A stretch of DNA of 64,000 bases. It comes from Candidatus Melainabacteria bacterium (GTDB lineage Bacteria; Cyanobacteriota; Vampirovibrionia; Gastranaerophilales; Gastranaerophilaceae). Of the stretch, positions 18,552 to 26,500 are shown piece by piece. Within the stretch, counting starts at the first letter, position 1, and every line of letters starts with the position of its first letter. The translations under genes were made by a program, and so were the position numbers. Under the pieces are notes generated by a model, which saw nothing but the letters and a program-made list of their open reading frames with translations, made no database searches and was not told where the DNA came from. The DNA lies in contig QHME01000006.1 of assembly GCA_003258735.1 (NCBI GenBank), positions 22,518-86,517 on the forward strand, read 5' to 3'.

Positions 18552-20066
18552 TTAAATATTAGGAAATTTATACGCATCTTCAATATCAACAGGCATTTCC
18601 TTGTACTCACAAGTGTTTATAGCCTTATCAAGATAATCGTACAATTCCTGTTTAAATTTCGGATGTGCACAATTTTCGATAATTGTTTTGGCTCTTTCTA
18701 TAGGGTCTAAACCTCTCAAATCTGCAACCCCTTGTTCTGTAATAAGTGCGTGGATTTCATGGATTGTATGGTCAACGTGACTAACAAGTGGAACAATACA
18801 AGAGATTTCTCCATTTTTTGCAGTAGATTTTGTGATAAAAATTGATAGTCCAGCATTTTCGCAATAATCGCCAGAACCGCCGACACCATTCATCAAACGA
18901 CAACCGTTAATGTATGAAGAATTAGTGTTACCATAAATATCTGCCTCAATAACTGTGTTAATCGCAATTATACCAAGTCTTCTGATAACTTCGGGGTGGT
19001 TACTGATTTCTTGCGGTCTTAGTACAATTTTATCTTTATATTTTTCAAAGTTTTTAAAGAACTCATCAATCTTATCCCAAGAGATTGTCAAGGACGTACC
19101 CGATGCACATTTAACTTTTCCTGCCTCAATAAGGTCGAAAATTGAATTTTGCAAAACTTCTGAATATACTGTTAAATCTTCAAAATCAGAATCTTTCAAA
19201 CATTCTAAAACTGCATTTGAAACACTGCCGACACCTGCCTGAATGGGAGGAAGCGGATTACACAATCTTTTATGTTCAACTTCATTTTTCAAAAAGTTAA
19301 CCAAATTTTTAGCCATAGCATCAAATTCCGCATCAGATGGTACAACTTTCCTTCCATTATCCGGAATTGTGCTGTGAACAACAGCAACAACTTTATCAAA
19401 ATCACATTTTATATAAGGTGTTCCAATTCTATCGTCAACTTTTGTAATTGGAATAGGTTTTGTATATGGAGGATTTTCAGGAGAATAAACATCATGAACC
19501 CCTTCTAAAGACGCTGGAACATAAGTGTTTACTTCAATTATAATTTTGTCCGCACATTCTGCATATATGTTAGAAGTACCAACAGAAGTTGTCGGAATAA
19601 TATTTCCGTTTTCATCAATCGCAGTTGCTTCAATTATTGCAACATCAACATGGTTTAAGAAATTTCTTTTTACCCATACAGGCATCAAACCAAGCGGAAC
19701 ATCATGATAGCCGACTTTCCCGTCATTAATCGCATTTCTCAAATCTTTATTGGTTTGGTAAGGAATACGTTTTTTTAAAGCTCCTTTTCTTGCAAGTTCA
19801 CCATCAAACTCATCTCCGAGAGAAGCTCCTGAATAAACTGTTAAATCAAGCTTTTCACCGTTATCTGCACGTTTGGCAAGCTCTCCTGCAATAACTTTAG
19901 GATACCCTGCAATCGTAAAACCACTGACACCAAGTGTCATATTAGGGTTTATAAACTTTGCAGCCTCAGCCGGTTCCATAACTTTAGTTAAATATCTTTT
20001 ATCTCTAATCCTTTTTTCAAATTCTTTGTCCACAGTCTTTACCTCACTTACTCTTTCATTTACCAA
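18552..20066 (-). CDS. cat1: acetyl-CoA hydrolase/transferase family enzyme, Cat1-like succinyl-CoA:acetate CoA-transferase
   Basis: 504 aa with an apparent TTG start. Extensive similarity as remembered to the Clostridium kluyveri Cat1 family across the protein: EKRIR...GVSGFT..GYPK, KRIPYQTN, DVAIIEATAIDENGNIIPTTSVGTS, LRPQEISNHPEVIRRLGIIAINT..E.DIYGN.NSS, NGVGGSGD, and VPLVSHVDHTEHE..ALITEQGVADLRGL. Confidence 0.8.
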   Translation of the reverse strand: MVNERVSEVKTVDKEFEKRIRDKRYLTKVMEPAEAAKFINPNMTLGVSGFTIAGYPKVIAGELAKRADNGEKLDLTVYSGASLGDEFDGELARKGALKKRIPYQTNKDLRNAINDGKVGYHDVPLGLMPVWVKRNFLNHVDVAIIEATAIDENGNIIPTTSVGTSNIYAECADKIIIEVNTYVPASLEGVHDVYSPENPPYTKPIPITKVDDRIGTPYIKCDFDKVVAVVHSTIPDNGRKVVPSDAEFDAMAKNLVNFLKNEVEHKRLCNPLPPIQAGVGSVSNAVLECLKDSDFEDLTVYSEVLQNSIFDLIEAGKVKCASGTSLTISWDKIDEFFKNFEKYKDKIVLRPQEISNHPEVIRRLGIIAINTVIEADIYGNTNSSYINGCRLMNGVGGSGDYCENAGLSIFITKSTAKNGEISCIVPLVSHVDHTIHEIHALITEQGVADLRGLDPIERAKTIIENCAHPKFKQELYDYLDKAINTCEYKEMPVDIEDAYKFPNI

Positions 20067-20244
20067 TAATTTATCATATTGATAAAATTTGTATGTACTA
20101 ACGAAATTAAAAAAAGAGTTTGGAAAGTAAAGAAAGTTTTAAATAACGCAAAAAAATTTTTATACTTACAAAAGAATGTACAAAATTGAATTACAAAACT
20201 AACATATTGCTATAGGTTGAAATTGTAAGAAAGGAAATATAAAA

Positions 20245-21630
20245 ATGGAAAACGAAATTAGTGCAGAAGAATTGATTAATTCGTTAGTTGAAAAAGCTCA
20301 TAAAGCTCAACAAGAATTTGAATCATTTTCTCAAGAACAAACAGATGCTATTGTTAAAGAAATTGGTAAAGTCGTTTATGATAGAGCTGAAGAATTAGCC
20401 AGAATGACAGTTGATGAAACTAAAATGGGTGTTTATGAAGACAAAGTTGCAAAATGCCACGGTAAATCAAAATGTATTTGGAACAGTTTGAAAGGCAAAA
20501 AATCAGTAGGGATTATTGAAGAAAATAAAGAAACAGGAATTATTAAAGTTGCAAAAGCAAAAGGTGTAGTTGGTGCAGTAACCCCTGTAACAAATCCTGT
20601 TGTAACTCCAATGTGTAATATTATGTTTGCTATTAAAGGTCAAAACGCAATTATTATTGCTCCGCACCCAAGAGCAGAACATGTAAACAAATACGTTGTA
20701 GATCTGTTTAGAGAAATTTTGAAAAAACACAACGCTCCTGTTGATTTAATTCAAACAATCGAAAAATCATCAATTGATGCTACAAATGAATTAATGAAAA
20801 AAGTTGATGTAGTTGTAGCAACAGGCGGTGGCGGTATGGTTAAAGCTGCTTATTCATCAGGTCACCCTGCATTAGGTGTTGGTCCTGGTAACGTTCAAGT
20901 TATTATGGATAGAGGAATTGACTACGAAGATGCCGTTAAGAAAATTATCATCGGCAGAACTTTTGATAATGGTATCATTTGTTCAGGTGAACAAGCCGTA
21001 TTCATTCCAAAAGAAGATTTTAATAAAGTTCTTGACTTGTTTAGAAAAAACGGCGTATTTGTTGTTGAAGATGAAGCATCAATTAAGAAATTTGCTGATA
21101 CAATCTTCCCTGAAAACGGTCCAATCAATAGAAAAATTGTTGGTCAATCTGTTCAAACAATTGCAAAACTTGCTGATGTTGAAGTTCCGGAAGGTACAAG
21201 AATGATTTTGATTAAGGCAAGGGCAATCGGTAAAGGCAACGGCGAACCTTTATGTCGTGAAAAAATGTGTCCTGTAATGATTACTGCTCCTTACGATACA
21301 TTTGAAGATGCTATTAAACTTGCTCAATCAGATTTGGAATACGAAGGAAAAGGTCATACAGCATCAATTCATTCAAATGATATGGAACATGTTCGTTATG
21401 CAGGTGAAAATTTGACTGTAAGTCGTTTAATTGTTAACCAATCCTCATCAACAGGTGCAGGCGGCAGTTTGTATAATGGCTTTGCTCCAACTACAACATT
21501 AGGTTGTGGATCTTGGGGTAACAACAGTATTTCAGAAAACTTGAATTACACTCACTTAATTAACGTTTCTCAAATCGGACTTTATAATAAGGATAAAAAA
21601 GTTCCGACAGATGAAGAAATTTGGGCTTAA
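20245..21630 (+). CDS. sucD: CoA-acylating aldehyde dehydrogenase (SucD/EutE/PduP-like; putative succinate-semialdehyde dehydrogenase, acylating)
   Basis: 461 aa. Aldehyde dehydrogenase fold with the catalytic-Cys motif FDNGIICSGEQAVFIP, characteristic of acylating ALDHs. Adjacent to cat1-like and 4hbD-like genes. RBS AAAGGAAA. Confidence 0.7.
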   Translation: MENEISAEELINSLVEKAHKAQQEFESFSQEQTDAIVKEIGKVVYDRAEELARMTVDETKMGVYEDKVAKCHGKSKCIWNSLKGKKSVGIIEENKETGIIKVAKAKGVVGAVTPVTNPVVTPMCNIMFAIKGQNAIIIAPHPRAEHVNKYVVDLFREILKKHNAPVDLIQTIEKSSIDATNELMKKVDVVVATGGGGMVKAAYSSGHPALGVGPGNVQVIMDRGIDYEDAVKKIIIGRTFDNGIICSGEQAVFIPKEDFNKVLDLFRKNGVFVVEDEASIKKFADTIFPENGPINRKIVGQSVQTIAKLADVEVPEGTRMILIKARAIGKGNGEPLCREKMCPVMITAPYDTFEDAIKLAQSDLEYEGKGHTASIHSNDMEHVRYAGENLTVSRLIVNQSSSTGAGGSLYNGFAPTTTLGCGSWGNNSISENLNYTHLINVSQIGLYNKDKKVPTDEEIWA

Positions 21631-21702
21631 ATTTGTTGTTATAATAAATTCCGGATTGCATAATGTAGTCCGGAATTCTCCTAAAAGAAAGGATTTTTAA
21701 TC

Positions 21703-22818
21703 ATGAAACAGTTAATATTAAAACCGGAATTGCATAAATTCCAAACTTGCAAAGAATTTGCAAAAGAATTTGAATTGGGGGAAGATGATTTAATTCTTAC
21801 AAATGAATATATTTTTAATCCATATTTCAAAGAATTAAATTTGCCTGTAAAAACAATTTTCCAAGAAAAATTCGGTGCAGGTGAACCAACAGACATTATG
21901 GTTGATGCAATTATTAATGAAGCCGCAAAATATACTTTCAAAAGAATAATTGCAATTGGCGGTGGTACAATCATTGATATAGCAAAAGTTTTGGCAGTAA
22001 CAAACGGAGAATCTGTCGATAAATTATACGACAAAAAAAATGAATTAAAGAAACATTATGAACTAATTATTATCCCTACAACTTGTGGTACAGGCAGTGA
22101 AGTTACAAATATTTCAATCATCAACAGAACAAGATTGGGTGTAAAAATGGGATTGACTTCGCCTGAAATGTTTGCACAAAAAGCTGTTTTAATTCCTGAA
22201 CTTTTGAAATCATTACCGTTTAAAGTTTTTGCAACAAGTTCAATTGACGCTTTGGTACATTCTGTTGAATCAAGTTTATCCCCAAAAGCAACCGATTATT
22301 CCAAATTATTTGGTTATAAAGCTATTGAAATGATTATCACAAGCTATCAAAGACTTGTTAAAGAAGGTAAAGAAATTTTGCCTGATTTGATGGATACATT
22401 CTTGACGGCAAGCAACTTTGCTGGTATTGCGTTTGAAACAGCAGGTTGTGCAGCGGTTCACGCATTGAGTTATCCATTGGGTGCAAAATATCACGTTCCA
22501 CATGGAGAAAGCAATTATGCCGTATTTACTGGTGTTTTGAAAAATTATATGGAAATTAAACAAGATGGCGAAATCGCAACTATGAATGAATTTTTAGCAA
22601 ACCTTCTTCATTGCGATGTAAAAGTAGTTTATGAAGAACTAGAAAACTTGTTGAATTCTGTATTGCAAAAGAAACCTTTGCACGAATACGGTGTAACTGA
22701 AAAGGATGCAGAAGATTTCGCTGAAAGCGTAATGAAAACTCAAGGGCGTTTGATGGCAAATAATTTTGTTGTATTAGATTATGATAGAGTATTAAAAATT
22801 TATAAGGAGTTGCTATGA
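21703..22818 (+). CDS. 4hbD: iron-containing alcohol dehydrogenase, 4-hydroxybutyrate dehydrogenase-like
   Basis: 371 aa. Fe-ADH signature IAIGGGTIIDIAK and metal-binding His cluster (VHALSYPLG...HVPHGESN). Its size and neighbourhood match 4HbD of the succinate-reduction pathway. Confidence 0.7.
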   Translation: MKQLILKPELHKFQTCKEFAKEFELGEDDLILTNEYIFNPYFKELNLPVKTIFQEKFGAGEPTDIMVDAIINEAAKYTFKRIIAIGGGTIIDIAKVLAVTNGESVDKLYDKKNELKKHYELIIIPTTCGTGSEVTNISIINRTRLGVKMGLTSPEMFAQKAVLIPELLKSLPFKVFATSSIDALVHSVESSLSPKATDYSKLFGYKAIEMIITSYQRLVKEGKEILPDLMDTFLTASNFAGIAFETAGCAAVHALSYPLGAKYHVPHGESNYAVFTGVLKNYMEIKQDGEIATMNEFLANLLHCDVKVVYEELENLLNSVLQKKPLHEYGVTEKDAEDFAESVMKTQGRLMANNFVVLDYDRVLKIYKELL

Positions 22819-23123
22819 GCTTATTAGAAGCCGGTATGATGGCAAGCTTTGGATTAAGTTGGCCGATTGCAGCATACAAAACTTATAAATGTAAATGCGT
22901 ACATGGAAAAAGCCTTACTTTTTCATATTTAATTCTATTTGGATATATTTGTGGAATTTTAAATAAACTTTTGCATAGTAATGACTATGTAATTTGGATA
23001 TATTACGCAAATGCAGCGTTTCTGTTGCTAGATATGTTTTTGTATTACAGATATAAAAATAATCCGGCCCAAAAAACTGCCGAACTTCCGATAGAAATAA
23101 ACGAAGAGGTGGAAATTGATTAA
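22815..23123 (+). CDS. small 3-TM membrane protein, PQ-loop/SemiSWEET-like
   Basis: 102 aa; start overlaps the 4hbD stop (ATGA coupling). The pattern FGLSWPIAAYKTYKCK...GKSLTFSYLILFGYICGIL resembles the SemiSWEET/PQ-loop half-transporter motif (FlGLlsPlPQi.ki.ktKst.gis...). Confidence 0.35.
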   Translation: MSLLEAGMMASFGLSWPIAAYKTYKCKCVHGKSLTFSYLILFGYICGILNKLLHSNDYVIWIYYANAAFLLLDMFLYYRYKNNPAQKTAELPIEINEEVEID

Positions 23124-23127
23124 CAAA

Positions 23128-23158
23128 AAACAGCATACTTTAAGTGTGCTGTTTTTAT
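23128..23158 (+). terminator. rho-independent terminator after the sucD-4hbD operon
   Basis: Hairpin AACAGCATACTT-TAA-GTGTGCTGTT followed by TTTTATTG. Confidence 0.6.
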
Positions 23159-23203
23159 TGTATTAAATTTTTATTTTGTTGATATAGCAAAATATTCACA
23201 GGA

Positions 23204-23296
23204 AGCCACTGACACGAATTTGCAGGTGTGCTTCAGTGTATTTGAATAGTTTCTTACAATTAGAACTCTAATTCTCTTAAAATTCGCGTGAATAGG
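23204..23296 (+). repeat. about 95-nt hairpin-forming intergenic repeat, copy B
   Basis: CACTGACACGAATTTGCAGGT...TTCTTACAATTAGAACTCTAATTCTCTTAAAATTCGCGTGAATAG. About 80% identical to copy A (15899..15994). The stem changes GAGTTT/AAACTC to GAATTT/AAATTC are compensatory. Confidence 0.6.
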
Positions 23297-23518
23297 GGCT
23301 AAAAGAGATTTATCATTACTCCCACAAATTATTAATCGGGATTGTAAACATTCCATTTGACCAAGTCATTGTTCGTTCCCTAGTATAAGCCTGCAAATTT
23401 GTATAAAATAAGTAAGCGATTTTGTATAATATATTTAAACTGGCAAAAACGTTATGTATTGTATCTTTCCATAAAAAATATTTGTTTTGTATGTTTTTTT
23501 TATTATAATGTTATCGGA

Positions 23519-26500
23519 ATGAGGAAGCTAAAATCTAGACGAAGAAAAAATATATTATTATATTCAACTATTCTATCGTTAATTGTTGGAAGTAATAGTT
23601 TTGCTATAGCAAAAGATGTTACTGTTTCTTCTGGTGATGAATTAAAAAAAGTAATACAAGAAATAACTGCTGAACCTACGAATACCAATATATACTTTGC
23701 AAATGACATTGATATTTCAGGGAAGGATATTACTGTTGGAACTAATGTTATTGAAATTGACGGTGGTGGAAAGAGCTTAATAAATGAAAAGGATTCCAGA
23801 TTTAAATTTGTTGACAATAGAAAATCAAGCTTAACTCTAAAAAACTTAAAATATGTTGGGAAAAACTCAAGTATAAATGTAAATAATGCAAATACAACGA
23901 TATCATTGGAAAATGTTGATATTAGTGGTAGAACAACATCTGCTGTCAAAGATGGACCTGTTTTGTTTTTAAAAGATTGTGATACAACCTTGAATAAGGT
24001 TAGTGTTTCTTCAAGCATAGTAAATATACAAAACGACAGTATTTATGGTGGAATTATAAATATTCAGTCGTCAAAATCCAAAGGAGTTATAACAGATTTA
24101 ATAGATAATCAAATAACATCAGCCGGGAATGTTTTAGGTGGATTAATTTATAACAGACGAACTCTAACTCCTGTTGGTGGCTTGAATTTGGACGGTAACG
24201 TAAATGAAAATAAAGTTACTGCGAAAGTTAATATTTTCGGTGGAATTTTAAATAATGAGGGTAGCAGTATTCAATCCATAAATTGGAATGAAGTAAAAGG
24301 TAATACTATAACAGCTACTAATAATGCGGTTACAGGTGGGTTTATACAAAACAAACTTGGAACGATAGATAACTTGTATATTAAGTCTTTTTCTGACAAT
24401 ACAATTATTTCTAATTCAAAAATTGATGGAGGCTTGATATACAATGAAGGTGGAACAATTAATGGGACCTTGAAAATTGAAGAAATAACTGGAAATACTC
24501 TAAAGGCAAAAACTGATTTCAACGGGTTAATTACAAATGTTGCTGGGAACATTAATTCAATTTCAATAGATTCTGTTTCAAATAACAAATTTGAGATGAA
24601 TTTTTTACGTGGAGGAGTAATAAATCTTCAGGGTGCAAAAGTCAATGACATAAATATTGGGGAAATTAATAATAACAATATTATTGGAATTAATGATAGC
24701 ACTATTATTGGTCGTGAAAATTCTACTTCTACCGGTTTTGTACTGTATTTAAGAGAATTGCCAACAGATGCCAAAATTTCATCTAGTATCGGAAATGTTA
24801 CAGTAGGTCAAATTAAAGATAATACTATTGAATCGACAAATATAACTTCTCTGTTGCTGCGAACTGCACTAGTTCCAGTGGAAGATGCTATTGTTATATC
24901 AAAAAACGGTAATATAACTGTTGATGATATTAGTAATAATAATTTGGTTGCTATTGATTGTGATGATAATGCTCGTGGCGGAATTATTTATAATTTTCTT
25001 TATGGTGGCGTGAAAACAATAAATACTACGGTTAGTCTTGGAGATATAAATTTAAAACAGGTTTCTAATAACCGTTTAGAAAGCACAATTTCAACATCAA
25101 CTTCTGGCGAAACTAAGGCTTTGGGTGGCAGGCATGCTTCCGGAGGAATTATTGCAAATTCAATCCAATCTTGTCAGGGAAATGCTATTATTAAAAGTAT
25201 TAATGGTGAATATATCGGCAATTCACTTGTTTCAAAGTCAAAAATAATGGATGCAAGTGGTGGTGTAATTTCCAATTCTATTAATGGACAAGGAAATGCC
25301 TTTGTCGGAATTGGTTATACACTTGATGAAAATAATAAAATAATTCCTGTCGCAGATGCGATTTTGGGAACTTACAAAAATAACTCTGTGCAAGCAACAG
25401 AGCTTTCCTCAAACGGCGGTGTTATAGCAAACCATGTTGAAAAAAGTCTGGAGCATAATGATATTGCTCAAATAGGGAATATCAAAGCTTATTTTAGCGG
25501 AAACTATGCTTTATCCACTAAAAATAGTGCTTACGGTGGAGCAATAGCAAATTTTTACGCAAAATCAGAAGAAGATTATAAAAATGCTATTATTGATTCA
25601 ATAAATAGCATTTTTGAAAATAACTATGCAAAAACAGAATCTGCAGATGCTTCAAAAGGTGCGTATGGTGGTGCAATTGTTAATACTGCAACTATTAAAG
25701 CAATAAATAATTCTATTTTTAAAAACAATTATGCAAGCTCTATTAATGGAAGTAGTGCGCATGGTGGTGCAATATACACAAGACAAGATTTGGTTATTAA
25801 TGCGAATAATAATGGATTGTCTGAATTTACAGGCAACTATGTTTCAACTGACGGTGGAGCGACAAAAAATTATGAAGCAATTAATGTTGGGGCATCAGGA
25901 AAAACTCTTACATTAAATGCAACTACAAACGGTACAATATTATTAAATGATTATATTAATGGTGTAAGTGGTTATAATGTTTTATTGACCGGTGATTCTA
26001 CAGGAACAATTAAACTTTTTGATAACGCAGATATTAAAGGTGGGGCGAATGTTACTGTTGATGGAGATGTTGTTATTGATACGGCAGATGGGGTAATTCA
26101 AAATTTTTCAGAATTTAATTCATTAAATTCAAGTGAAAGTGCTAGATATAACATTGATATAGATTTGTCAAAAGCAAATGGTAATAAGTTAGATTACGCA
26201 GTAGGTGACAAAATTTCTGATGGATTTACAACAAAATCGACTTCAAATGGTGGTTCTGTTACTTTGGATAGGTTGAATTTTGTAAATGCTTCATTAAATG
26301 AAGATATCTTAAATAAAAATTTGAAAGTTCAAATAATTCAAAATAATGATAATACAAATAATTTACAACTTGCGTTGAGTGAAAAATTAACACCATTTGT
26401 TTCCTCTGCCGGAATAATATCACAGATTGTAAAAACAGAAACGAAGGATTTGACACCAACGGTCAATTATAAGGACATTTTTGGTGAAATTATAACAACA

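Noticed and set aside
23399-23518. Upstream extension of the autotransporter ORF (track start at 23399)
   Set aside because: The extension encodes a hydrophobic but non-canonical leader before a perfect signal peptide that begins at the ATG 23519 and has an RBS-like GGAATGAGG context. The shorter start is preferred.
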